DNA from: Psammoneis japonica
Lineage: Eukaryota
Assembly (NCBI GenBank): GCA_008632985.1
Contig: QPGO01000167.1
Span: 1-64,000, forward strand
Length of the DNA: 64,000 bases
Reading direction: 5' to 3'
Below are positions 49,787 through 62,578 of the stretch, piece by piece (within the stretch, counting starts at the first letter, position 1; each line of letters opens with the position of its first letter). The notes under the pieces are model-generated. The model was not told where the DNA came from, ran no database searches, and saw only the letters and a list, made by a program, of their open reading frames with translations. The position numbers and the translations under genes are program-made.

Positions 49787-51020
49787 CTAGATTTTATCAT
49801 GTCGTCTTTTGTGACTTTCAACCCACTGAAAGAGGTCGGGCTTCTCTCGAATCATTGCAAACATCAAACTTGGGTCACAATTAATGTCTTGTTTTCGTAA
49901 GATGTGCGGCCACAAGGCGGTTGGCACAGATGTGTCTACCACATGTTGACGGCCGGCACGATTTAGCAAGCAGTAGAAAGAAATCTGCCGTATCATCATC
50001 TTTTCTGGCACACTACGCAGAAAAGCACGCCGAAAAGCACACCGGAAATCGAGCCGAGTGATGGTTCGGTTGTGATCTCTCACTGCCTCCAACAAGGCAG
50101 AGATACCTCTCTCACCAATGGGGTTGTAACTCAGATCTAACCAGTCCAGGCCTTTGTTTTTCTTGAGTCCCTGTGCAAGAGCCACCGCACCCTCGTCCGT
50201 GATGCCACAATCACAGAGAATCACACATTTGAGCGGCGCCCCCGACGATGCAACCAACAGCTCGCTGAGGGCCAAAGCACTTGTGACATCGATGCCATTC
50301 AAATTCAAACACAAGGTTTCCACGCTGGAGTTGTGCTTCAGCCCTTCAAAAAGCGAGCACACACTCCTGGTGTCCTCAAGTCCTCTGAGAGTCAGACTTG
50401 TGAGTGATGTGTTAGTTTGCAATGCCCTGCTCAATGACTGCCACCCTTGGAAGCTGGCACCAATGCCGTCAGGTGAACGGCATTCAAAGCTTGTCAACCG
50501 AAAGAAAGGGTTTGCCAAGAGCTCATTCGAAATGATGGTAAGCCCTTCATCTTCAATGCAGCATCCCCGCAGATAAAGCTTCTTCAGATTGCATGTTGCT
50601 TCCCCAACGTTGCTCCTGGACAGCCCCCGAGCCAGCTCCATTGCCCCCTCCTTTCCAATGACATTATGATCAAAGAGGAGTATTTCCACATTTTGCAGGT
50701 TAGATGCAATGGCACGCACCCCTCGCCAACTCATGCCACATGTTTCCTGAAATTGTAAAAATTCGACAAGCCGGGGGTTTGGAAACGAATTTCGTTGCAT
50801 CAGAGCCAGGCCCAACGCTTCGGCAGCGGCATCACCATCGTTATCATACTGTACCGCCACAAGGGTTGGATCATTTTCAGCAATTCGGTTACAAATATTG
50901 ACTAGATACGGCGACAGGTTCTGATGAAGTTGCGCAATCCGAATTCGAAGGGAACGCCGCGGCTGCTCGGAGCTCGAGTTGACAGAGATTGGGAACTCTT
51001 CTCTGTTTCCTCGTGCTGTC
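49787..51020 (-). CDS. RI-type (NLRC3-like) LRR protein, last exon; first exon not located
   Basis: The frame is open from an AG acceptor at 51021-51022 through RIAENDPTL and the LRR repeats to TAG. Paralogue of 13889..14796. Confidence 0.75.
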
Positions 51021-51124
51021 TATAATATGTAAGATGTGTGGACGGAGACAACAATGCGGTAGGAACAGAGGGAAGGGAGCTTATGAGCCACCGGTAAAGC
51101 GAAAGCGCAACAATATCCCTGCTT

Positions 51125-51441
51125 ATGCACACGAACCACCTGGTGGTCCGTGTGCATTTTTTGGTGCACACGAACCACCTGGTGGTTCGTGTGCACCCTA
51201 CGCAAAATGCTGCGTAGATTTGTACCGAATTAAATCTGAATGCCTACATCTGCAGTAGGCTCTACGTGAAAACGCACTCGAAACAGTGTCCACCGAGCCG
51301 GCAGTCATGTGCCGGAACGTCGTGAAAAGTATTTTATGTCTGAGAAAGAGTTCGTCAGGGCCGGCGAACAACACCCCTCTACGATGCGACTGGTATAAAA
51401 TGTACGTAAATGCACAGGAACCAGCATGTGGTTCGTGTGCA
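51125..51441. repeat. Cluster of related ~33-bp palindromes (51125..51157, 51163..51197, degenerate 51411..51441)
   Basis: GGTGCACACGAACCACC-T-GGTGGTTCGTGTGCACC is a perfect 17-bp stem with a 1-nt spacer. Confidence 0.9.
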
Positions 51442-51841
51442 AATTAGAGCTCGTGAAAAATAAGCAGGGCAAAAACCGCGCACAACGCACAACGCAACGC
51501 AGATGATACACATCCCGCGAGTTCGTACTTGGGGGGACGAGAGACAGACAGACACACACACACACAACAAACGCGAAGTAGCACAATACGTAAAAGATGA
51601 TGGACTCAGACAAGGATTTATAAATCCTTGGGTATACTATAACATACCGTACGGCAGCTACTAGAGGCTAGCTAGATATACAACAAGGATAGGAAAGCGG
51701 ATGCGAGCAGTAGAGAGAGTACAAGCTGTGTACAATTTTCCCTCTCAATGGCTCCTTGTTGGGCGCAAGCCTCTTGAGAGTGCGACGCCCTGACAGCTGG
51801 CGTTAGCTTTTTTAATCTCGCAGGTAAGTTCCTGTTCTAAT

Positions 51842-54800
51842 TCATCCGTCTCTTAGCAAGTCTGCATACTTCGATTCTAGCATCTCTGTCTTTCTACATG
51901 CACCCCATTCAGAATACAACTTCACAGCTTCACGCATGTGATATTTGGCATCATCCATTTCTTGCCATGACAACAAACACAACGCTAACCGTTCGTTCGC
52001 CAATGCTGCATTCTGAATGAATCCCCCTCTCGAAGCACTTACTATTGCTTTGTCGAACGACTTCTTAGCCCTTACAAAGTCACCCTTTAATGCTGCTTCT
52101 TCCGCGTTGAAGATGTGTAGCTGGTGGACATAGTTGACACCTCCTTTTTTCACCCAGGTTCGAAGTTTCGCTTTCACATCTGCGGCGGCGGTCTTGTACT
52201 TTCTTTGAGAGGTCTCGCGAGCCATTGCATAGAGACAAAGTCCTCTGAAAAATGTCTCATGGCCAAAGAAACTAGATCCTAGATGCTGCTCGTAATAGGA
52301 ATCTCCGACGGAGAGTGCAATCGCAGCACCTTTCTGGAACTCGGCAAAATATACCGAAACAAAACAAATGGAGATATTATCCAAACCGTACTGAGCGATT
52401 GGGTGGTCTTCAATTCCACTACCACTCGTAGCATCGCCTTTCAATGTCGTAGTGTGCGGGTTTGACGCCCCCCCTCTCAGATTCAGAACCGCCTGATAAA
52501 TGTAACGCATTCCATGAGCCGAATGTACGTTCCCCAAGGTGTCCGCCTGACGGATGTAAACGTCCACGTCTTGTGCAATTGTTGAAAGTGGTGTTCCAGC
52601 GTACAGTCGAGCACAAACTGAAAACCAAAGAGCGTAACACCCGCTTTCGATATTTCCCGAAAGCATTCCAAGCCGGTGGGATTCGATAAGGTTCTTCCCG
52701 CAAGTTTTTAGTGGCTTCACCCATCCCAAAACAAAGGAATTGGTCTTGTATATTGTGCTTGCTTTCGAAAAGTTAGAGGCCAGTCTTGCTTGAATCGCCA
52801 AGGCAACCTCAGCAAGATCTACGGCGGCGTCCCAATCCCCATATTTGTGCATCAATAAGCTAGCTAACGATGCAAAGAGGGATGCTGAATAACTCGTCAA
52901 TCCAAACCGCTTCGTCCACTTCAAACAGCGGCAACAAATAAGGATATACAATGGCGGACTGTGAGCGATAGCGTCCCTGCGGCCATCAACAGAAACCCAA
53001 GCGTTTCCCTCCTCGCTGCATCAGCCATAAAAGGCATCATATCAACCTGGTCCATCGAGGGCACAAGCCTCTTGATTCCTCGCAACTCTTTCGCCACCAT
53101 GATTCTTTGAATTCCTCTGGATTGTGGAAAGTGACATCCCAGATCATCAAGGGTATCTAGACAAAGTTTCCATGCTGCATCGTACTGCCCTTCTCCCTTT
53201 ACAATATCAAACATCACCTTGTTAACCCTAAGCTTGTCCTGAGGCGTAGCTTTCGGCTGTCTCGTCACTTCTTCGCAGTACATCACGGCCTTCTCTTTGT
53301 TGCAGCTTGCCCTCTCAGCCTCTGCACCAATCGAATGCAACTTCAAGGCAAGACTGAAATGTGATTTCCACATTTCGGTGTCCTTAAGGTTTAATATGCC
53401 CATTTTGACATATCTTGCCGCAGTGGCGAAAGCTGAGAGCTCTGCAGCCTTTTCTGCAGCTTGTAGATTCAGGGCTGCTACCTCCAAGGAGCAACTGGTG
53501 CCGTAATTCAGGAGGTTAACAACAACAAAAATCATAGATTGCATCTCGTTCTTGTCCAAGTGCTCGTATAGGCAGGCTCCTACAGCATATCGAAGCTCCT
53601 CTATTTCGACGCTTGATGGTATCAGCAAGCAGGCCTCTTGGATTCTATCGTGCACGAATCTGTAAGAATTGCCGCCGGCTGCCTCTAGCAAATGTCCCGA
53701 ATAGAGTCCTGCAACAGCTGCTCCAACGCTTGCCTCTGATGGGAGACCCTTGAAGTCAGAAAGTCACTGTGTAATTTTGTCCAGACTAGATCAAGTGCAG
53801 CCTTACTGAAACAATTCCCTAAACAGGACGCCATTTGCAGCAATAGCGTCATTTCCTCAGAAAACTTCTTCATTTTTACTACAATCAACTCGATGACGTT
53901 GTCCGTTGCAGCCGTCTCGGATTCGACTAAATCTTCATCCCACGTCCATTGAAAGCCGCCAATATCAAACTTCAAGAGGCTTCTTTCTGATAAAGTCAAT
54001 AGGAAAACCTTGAAGAAAAAAGCGTTACCAAGAGTTCGCTTGTAGCAAATCCTTGCTAGCCCCTTGACCTTTGTTTTGTCAGAGACAGAAAGCAGTTCCA
54101 TGAGCATATCCGTCAAAGACCTTTGGGATAAATTCGATAGTTCGATCTCGCTCACGTGAACACCGCTACCATCTATTTCGTGTTCTTCATAGTAGGCTTT
54201 TACATCAGATATAGCGGCTGAAAGCATATGATTCTCGTCCACTTCGTCGGATCGAAAAGATCCCAATATCATCAAGTTTGACATGTCAGAATCCATCAAT
54301 ATGCCTTTGAGTAGTTCAATCGAGGCAGCATCTGCAAACTGTAAGTCATCAAGAAAGATCACAGTGGGTCCATAGTTGCTGGCGACTATGCGAAGAAAAG
54401 TTCGCAAAGCAAACTGAAAAGCCTCCTTAGACGGTATTTCGTCATTTGCAGTTGATCTTGGTGCTACTTGGATTGTATTCTCGAACGATGCTTGGGCTTC
54501 GGTGCTGTCACTGTTGGTAGGAGACGTCTCGAGACTGGTCGGGCTCGTTAAAAGTGTTCCCAACAGGGGGACAATGTTGGTAAGCAGCTCGATCTGAGAA
54601 TTGTCCATATGGGTCCCTATTTCACGACGTACTTTTGTCAAAGGTCCGTCCATTCCTCTCTTTAGAAGCGTTCTACAAGCCTCGTTGCAAGCAGCTCCTA
54701 TCCCCGACAACGGTTGGTTTCGGCCAGAATCTAGATCATATTTGCCGCCGACAAAGATACCGTTGTGCCTTTTCAACAGAGCTGAGTCTCGGAGATAGTA

Positions 54801-55124
54801 TGCGAGAGACGTTTTTCCAGCACCAGACAAACCGCTTATCAGGACCAGCTCCATGCTGTGTCTCGGAGGTGCTGACGGTGATGTTGTGGTTTTCGATGAA
54901 AATTGAACCAGCCGTTCAAAGCATTCTGTCAATACATCCTTCTCCATTTCTCTTCCGACTAAGCCGAGCGAGTCAAAGTTTAGCCTGCTCACAGAGGGAA
55001 GCGCCTCAGAGATTTTGGCTTGTATGGCATTTTTGCCTGAAGATGTCACAACATTTACCTCGGGCGCTATCATTACAGCATTCCTGCCGCTCGGCGTGTT
55101 TTCCAAACCCATAGAAGAGCTCAT
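51842..55124 (-). CDS. STAND-type AAA ATPase with a helical/TPR-like C-terminus; apparent frameshifts at ~53697 and ~52960
   Basis: LVGRE.E, Walker A GLSGAGKT, Walker B VIFLDDLQFAD, T.GNAFF, YRFVHDRIQEA, ALANERLA and YSEWGA..K. Confidence 0.8.
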
Positions 55125-55329
55125 TACTTCGTCGTCAATAGCTCAAAGAGGATCACGACGCTAGATCTAATGCAATCATTGTTCATTGCGTCGTCAATGT
55201 ACTTGTAATGACAAACTCTGTCTGCTAAAGTCTTAAAGAAGCCAACTGAAGACAGACGAATACCTACTAGAAGAAAAGCTACGCCATAACGACCAACGAC
55301 GCAACTTGCAACTTGCGGCGCAAGCAACA

Positions 55330-56190
55330 AAATAAAACGCCCTGTCTGTCTCTCTGTTTGTTTGTCTGTTTGCCATGTTGACAGTTGCGAAGGTTCTCTC
55401 CAACCTTCCATCTCGCAGGGGAAGGGCGGCCACAAAGTTGCCACCAACACTTGGCTGTTGAGCCATCAGGAGCAAACAGGATGCAAATGCCAAATGGACA
55501 CAAGGAGTGATCCATCAATCACAGACTGGCCCCTTCTTTTTTTCTCCAACAGGGTTGGTGTGTGTGCTGCAAGGCTTGTGTTCTCGCCCCTTCTCTTCTT
55601 CCAGCGTCAAAGACACCTTGGTTGTGGGCAGGTTTTTGTGAGAAAAGGTTTTTGCTGTCTGCCAAGTTTTTGCTTGCAGGCATTTTACAATTTGTGAGAT
55701 GTTGTGAGCATTGGCCCTGGCTCCTCTCCAAAGTTCTCATTTGTTTGGCCATTTCTCGCACACACGCACCCCCCGCTGCTTCGCTCCTGGCATCACTGGC
55801 CCATTTTTGCATTTGACACAATGGGCTCTTTCAAAATCGGGTTTTTCCCAAATCGAAGGGTGAGTGCACACAAAACTCTAATTTTTGAAATGATCAAATT
55901 TGAAAGAGTTCAACGCGCCAAATTGCACAGAAAATCAGCCTCTCGAGTGATTGGTTTCTCATCAGGGGAGAGGGCGGGGGGGCAGTTGGTGTTTTTGTGC
56001 TCTTTAATTGTTGGGGAGGCCCATCTTGTGGCAACCTCATGTGTCCAATGTGTGCTTGCATGTGCCACATGCCAAATGGATGAGACACAGGACACAGATG
56101 AGTGCTCTCTGCTCTGGAGCCTGCGGCAGCCGGCAGCCACCGGGGCGGGGGGAGCACTGACCACCGACTCCAGTCATTTCTTCTCCGCTT
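55330..56190. other. Small TpA-depleted block 5 between divergent genes
   Basis: Same bias with sharp edges. Probably a decayed repeat. Confidence 0.7.
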
Positions 56191-56421
56191 CGAATAGCCC
56201 TACGCATTAAGTCATTATTCAGATAAGGTCATTGATTCACATAAGTCATACACAACACTTATTGCGAGGAATCTTCAATGTTCAAAATAAGATCATTAAA
56301 CGCACTATCGAAACATTTATTGACGACCGCACCGCCCACGACATCTTTCATGCATCAAACACAACATAAAAACAAAAAGCGCAACTATTCACTATATCTT
56401 GTGTAACCGATTTCATCCAAC

Positions 56422-58455
56422 ATGCGTTTCAAAGCCTCCGTTTTGGCGTCTCTTACCAGCGTTGTGTGCGCGCAAGGTGAGCTAAGGACTCGCTGCTCGG
56501 CGACATGTGGCTCTGTAAAAGTATGCGTCATCGATCACGTCGATCAGATTCATAAACGAGCTGGCTGATGGTTTCTTTGACTACCGCACCATCCTCTTTA
56601 GGCACAATCAATGACGAGGATCATGCCCATTTACGTTTCAACGTAAGTCCAAATACCAAACTGGGTTGCCTTTGTTAGCTCGATATCGCAACTGACACTT
56701 TTATTCTTTTACCACAGCCCCTCCACAGTGAAGCTATCCAAAATGAGAAAGCTTCGCCCAGCGATGAGAAGCCTACTGAACGAAAGCTCACGAGGCCTTC
56801 TCGCGCTGTTGAATTCCCTTACGGTAGTCCTTGTTTGAATCTTCCTCGAGACCACGATCCTCACGATCAGTACGCCAACGACGGGTGGAAGCTCGTCGAC
56901 TTTTGTCGTGCGGGTGCCACTGGAAACCGTCCAGCGCAGCGTCCCGACTGTCACCACAATGATGACGATTCCTCCGTCCATACGCTCAAGTTTCCTTTTA
57001 AATTCTATGGAAGGGACTTGAATCGAGTCTTTATCAACAACAATGGCAATTTGTCTTTTGATCGTCTTTACAGCACCTACACTTCCACTGGCTTTCCCGT
57101 AGAGGGATTTCCCATGATTGCTCCTTTTTGGGCAGATGTTGACACAGGAGACAAGGGCGACACGACTTATCTTGGTCATGTGTGGATGAAGGAACTGTCG
57201 AACAACAAGCTCGCAGTAACCTGGGAAGAGGTTGGATACTACTCCAAGAATGATTCTCGCCTCAACTCGTTCCAGGTACTGATCTCAGACGGTTCAGACC
57301 CTGCGATGGGCTTAGGAAATAACGTGTAAGTGCTCGAATTGTTATTGTGGTTTCGGCTCTTTTTTGCGTGCCATTTCGCTCATGAAGCTTTCTCGTTTTC
57401 TTTCCAGCTGCTTCTGTTATGCGGACATGGAGTGGACTACAGGCGATGCTTCGGAAGGTGAGGAAGGACTTGAAGGAATTCCTGCTACAGTGGGGACGAA
57501 CAAGGGAAACGGCAAAACTTCCTTTCAGCTTGGTCGTTTCGACGCGGAAGGAAATTACGATGGTCCTCCAGACGTAAACTATCTCGACGGAAAAGGCTTC
57601 TGTTTCGATGCTGCTGGACAAAAGAACATCCCTCCGATCGCCTTCAACTTTCCATCGGACAACAAGATCAACCTGGAGAACTGTGCAGAGCTTGATACGG
57701 AGCTCAGCTTCCTCAGCCCAGAGGAAGATCAGACAACCATCATTAAGGTTTTTGGTGTCCCTGACGCGATGCGCGTCACAAAGCATAACGGATACTCAGC
57801 TACTGTTCGTCTCACAATGACTCCAACCGTGAATGCGGAGTACCAGTTGTACTTCAAAGCAAAAGACAACAAAGGTGGTGTTACCAAGAGGAATTTGCTG
57901 GTCACCGTGTCTGGCTGTAGGACTGCCAAGTCACCTAAAATGCGCTGCAAGGAACGAAACAAGAGAGCCATATCCTCCTCAGCGTGTTATGCTTGGACTT
58001 CGATTGATAACGGGTCCACATCCTTTTCTGGTGGGCCTGTGAGTTTGTCGCAAGACCCACCTGCGCCCTTCTCTATTGGGGTTACGAGCGTGACTCTAAC
58101 AGCCACCGACAGTGAAGGTAGAACAAACACGTGTACGAGGTCTGTGACGGTTCGTCAACCTAGGCAGGGTTCCTGTCCTGTGAACAAGCCGCCAGTTATG
58201 CGCTGCAGGAGCAGGGATAGAAAAGCTCGATCCTCCCCACTGTGCAATGTTTGGACAACGATTGACTTGGGTTCTTTTGACCCGAACGGTGATGACTTGA
58301 CCCGCGTCCTCGATCCTCCACCTCCCTACGGCATTGGAAACAGGACAGTGACGCTCACAGTTACGGATAGCAATGGCGCATCCTCGTCATGCACAAAATA
58401 TGTCAACGTTCGACCCCCAGGTGACGGTACTTGCAAGAACGGACCCAAGGATTAA
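56422..58455 (+). CDS. Secreted NIDO (nidogen-like) protein with two C-terminal HYR/Ig-like repeats; exons 56422..56476, 56602..56642, 56718..57325, 57408..58455
   Basis: Signal MRFKASVLASLTSVVCA; FPFKFYG...VFINNNGNLSF, IAPFWADVDT, VTW..VGYY, NSFQVLI, Y.DMEWTTGDAS; 2x (F/Y).IG...VTLT.TD..G....CT..V.V. All three introns keep the frame. Confidence 0.85.
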
Positions 58456-58792
58456 GTCCTCCACTGCATTGAATGTTGATGATATCCTGAACTGTGGCGC
58501 TATTGGACCGTTGCCACATGTCAGAGGAGAGTAAGGTTAATGACTATTTTATGTTAGTACATTTGCTCGGCCTGTACTTGTACACAGCTCGGGTGTTGCA
58601 CCCACTGCGAACCCAGGATGGAGCAGACATATTTTGCAAGCTCGCTGAATTATTCTTAAGGACACTAGAGACGAGCCTCGTGAGACTGTGCCGTTCGCTT
58701 AACATGTAATAGTGTTTACAGTCATCGTGTGAACTATCCTGCACCTATTCTGGTCCCTATGAAGAGGGAGGCGACTCGACTTCGTTACCCCA

Positions 58793-61700
58793 TCAAGTCT
58801 CCCTAAGTTTCTTCGTGGAAAAGAATCGGTCATGCTCCAATACCAAGTCCGCGTGTCGGCTCTGAATCTTGCGTTCCCGCTGCTCATATTCCTCCATGCA
58901 CGTTTCAAGCTCCAAAAGACGCTTTTTGCCATTTTCCGCTTGCACGGCGCGCTCCTCCTCTGACAAAGAGAACTCTTGGTTCTTTTGATAGTTTTGTTCC
59001 TGCTCAAGCTTGCGCTGGTTTGACTGTTTCTCCGACTTAACTTTTTCCCGTTCAACCTCCAGATCCAATAGCTTTTTTCGTGATACCATGATCCAACGGA
59101 GGTATTCTGAATGCTTGGCTGGGCTCCAAGAATCAATACATTCCTCTGGTGACTTTGGCTCCACCTCAACTTCCATCTCTACTGCGTCGTCGAAGCCATT
59201 GTCCTCGGTTGATTCTTCTGTTGGTGACTCGGTTGATTCATCTACTGGTGTTATTGGCTGTTTGCTTTTGTCCGCTACTTGCTCTGGCGTGCCTTTGGGC
59301 GATCGTCGCTTGGACTGGTCCTCCATTGCTCTCATGGTTTCACGGAATTTTCGTAGAATACGGCGTTCCTCGGATACGACAAAATACTGATCGTCCACTT
59401 TTTCGACAAATCGCCGCCACTTGCCTTGACCACATTTCCACTTGAAAAGTGTTTTGGACGCATTCCAACCTCCCCTTTCCACATGTGCAGCTAAAAATTC
59501 CTTCCAGGCTTGGTTTCCTTCCTTGTTTTGGTTGCCAGGGTAAAACAAGTGTACATCTTCATCCGTCGGCTCCATCGGGATACGGGTGCAATTTTTCCTT
59601 TTCGCCTGTCGTAATGATTTTCGGATATCCCCATGCAAAATGTCACCTTTTGTTTGATTCGAAATTCATCCTTCACTTGATAGTACTGCCCATTGACATG
59701 CTCGATGAAACGACCGCCACGCTTTTCTTGAATCTCTTGCCACGAATCGACAGCCTCCTTGGCCTTGACACCATTCTCCACACACAATTCCATGAATTGT
59801 CGATGCAAGACATTGCCCGGTTTGGTACGAGTCGATGCGCCCTTTCCAAAGTGTACATCGTATTCATTGGGTGTAATGGGATCACGTGGTTGTTGGTGCT
59901 CCAAATTACGTTTTGGAGTTGGAGATCTCGAAGACGCAGAAGAATTCGGAGTCGAAGGTTTTCTTGTTGGCGTCGTTTGCTGAAACAACTTTGGTTGGGG
60001 CTGCACCGGTGGTGGTGTTGTCGCTGCTCCTTGATAAAGTCGGCTCGTGACTAAAGACGGTGTCGATGCAATTTTGGGGGGTGGAGTCGTTGTTCCTGCT
60101 TGTTGTGGTGTCATTGTATCCGGTGCCGTCGATCCTGCTGCAGCTTGTGGTGGAGACAATGCAACTTCTTGCACTTGTGGAAGTATAGACGGTGTCGTAG
60201 CTGTGTCTGCCTTGTTTTGCTCTTGGAGCCCGTCTTGTTGCTGCGGTAAGTGTTGTGTCACCTCTGCTGGTGTCGGTACTAGAACGTCTGGAATTATAGA
60301 CGGTGTCGCAGTGTCTGCCTTGTTTTGCTCTTGAAGCACGTCTTGTTGCTGCGGCACGTGTAGCGTCGCCTCTGTTGGTTTCGTTGCTAGATTCAATGGA
60401 GATGCAAGAGGAAATAACGTGTTGTTGGACGGTGTCGCAGTGTCCGCCTTGTTTTGCTCTTGAAGCACGTCTTGTTGTTGCGGAACATGTAGCGTCGCCT
60501 CTGCTGGTTTCGTTGCTAGATTCAAAGGAGATGCAAGAGGAAATAATGTGTTGTTGGAAGTTGTCGCAGTCTCTGCCTTGTTTTGCTCTTGAAGCACGTC
60601 TTGTTGTTGCGGAACATGTAGCGTCGCCTCTGCTGGTTTCGTTGCTAGATTCAAAGGAGATGCAAGAGGAAATAATGTGTTGTTGGAAGTTGTCGCAGTC
60701 TCTGCCTTGTTTTGCTCTTGAAGCACGTCTTGTTGTTGCGGAAGGTGTAGCGTCGTCTCTGCTGGTTTCGTTGGTAGATTCAAAGGAGATGCAAGAGGAG
60801 ATAATGTGTTGTTGGACGGTGTCTCAGTGTCTGCCTTGCTTTGCTCTTGAAGCACGTCTTGATGCTGCGGCACGTGCAGTGTCGTCTCTGCTGGTTTCGT
60901 CGCTAGATTCAAAGGAGATGCAAGAGGCAATAACGTGTTGTTGGACGGTGTCGCAGTGTCTGCCTTGTTTTGCTCTTGAAGCACGTCTTGATGCTGCGGC
61001 ACGTGCAGTGTCGTCTCTGCTGGTGTCGTTGCTAGATTCAAAGGAGATGAAAGAGGAAATGACATGTTGTTGGACGGCGTCGCAGTTTCTGCCTTGTTTT
61101 GCTCTTGAAGCACGTCTTGTTGCTGCGGCACATGTAGCGTCGCCTCTGCTGGTTTCGTTGCTAGATTCAAAGGAGACGCAAGAGGAAATAATGTGTTGTT
61201 GGACGGTGTCGCAGTGTCTGCCTTGTTTTGCTCTTGAAGCACGTCTTGTTTCTGCGGCACGTGTAGCGTCGCCTCTGCTGGTGTCGTTGCTGGATTCAAA
61301 GGAGATGAAAGAGGAAATAACGTGTTGCTGGACGGTGTCGCAGTGTCTACCTTGTTTTGTATAAGAAGCCCGCCTTGTTGCTGCGGCACGTGTAGTGTCG
61401 CCTCTGCTGGTGTCGTTGGTAGATTCAAAGGAGATGCAATTGATGGAAGAATCGTCGTTTGCTCTTGCTGGAGCCCTGTAGTTTCTGTTGCGTTAAGCTG
61501 AAATAACGTGTTGTTTGGCACAACCCTTTGAGCTCCTTCCGGCATATGCAGAGTCGATTTTATTGATGGTTGATGCAACAAAAATTCCGACGCCGTTTCA
61601 TGAGATGCTGGAAACGATGTCAAAGCCACTCCACTTGCTGCTGCTACTTGTGCAGGAGGAATCGACAACGCTTCTTGATAAGCAGTGTTTTTCGTTTCAA

Positions 61701-62013
61701 AAGCCGCAGCCGTTTCTTGTTGAAACAGACTTGGTGTCGTCGATTCTCCTGCTGGTGATTGCACAGAAAACGGAAGTGTTGATTCTTCTTTTCGTAATAG
61801 AGTCGTAGTCGTCGATTTGTCGTGCTGCTGCAACATGATGTTCTGCTGTGGTAGAGCCGTAGGCATTGTTTCAATTTCGTTGTCGCAGTCTTTTAGTGGC
61901 GCTACAAAGCTTGCTGGTTCCTCGTTTTGTTGATCCTCATTCATCATCATGACGTCTTCTGTCGGAGCAGCAGCAGTAATCTCCATGGACGACGCTTCTC
62001 TTTGATCTGACAT
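58793..62013 (-). CDS. Protein with 43-aa tandem repeats, two DUF6824-like domains and a coiled-coil tail; apparent frameshift at ~59631
   Basis: 840-aa ORF with PNEYDVHFGKG....KPGN..H...GGRFIE. The second ORF continues with PTDEDVH..GN..W. Confidence 0.75.
60300..61440 (-). repeat. Coding tandem repeat, 129-bp unit, ~9 copies
   Basis: GCCTTGTTTTGCTCTTGAAGCACGTC (near-identical) recurs every 129 bp from 60317 to 61220. Confidence 0.93.
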
Positions 62014-62578
62014 GGCTATTGCAACTCTTTCTCTGGACAGAATAGTAGTGGTGAGTTATTCTGACCGCGATCATCGATCGATTCGATCGCTCATCGCTGC
62101 GATCGTCTGCTCCGCCGCGCTCGGCTGCGCCGCCGCCCGCCGCCGTTCATAAGCTAATTTTTCGAGTTTTGATGGTACACCTTCACAAGGTTCTTCTTCG
62201 TTTTACACACTGGATTTTCAATCTACTAGAGTCTCTGCTACTCGCTTAGTTTTGCACCGCGTTTTCATTGAACTTTATGCTTCAAGCTACAATGGACAAA
62301 GATGCGATATTCACGTTGGAAAACAAACATTGTGCTCGAGCAAAGAAATCCACAACACCAACGCGGCAAAAAGAATGGGACGAGTAGCTTTGTTTGGTAG
62401 TTATTTTTATAGATGGGAAAACGAAACGCTCTCGTGTGAGATCCCCAACGGCTCTTGTGTCTCATAGCGTCTATTGTGTATTTTGCTCGTGCATTTTGTC
62501 TTGTGTCTACGATGATGCGCAACCTTGTGGCTGGCTCATTCTTTTGATTTCTCAAAAAATACCAATGAAAACTGTTTT

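Noticed and set aside
28100..59640. Frame breaks at ~28130, ~28792, ~52960, ~53697 and ~59631 read as programmed frameshifting or pseudogenes
   Set aside because: At least three are repaired by adding one base to a short homopolymer, which is typical of long-read consensus error. This needs read-level checking.
60300..61440. Regular repeat read as a CRISPR array; antisense 353-aa ORF
   Set aside because: The 129-bp units are contiguous with no unique spacers and lie in frame within a eukaryotic CDS.
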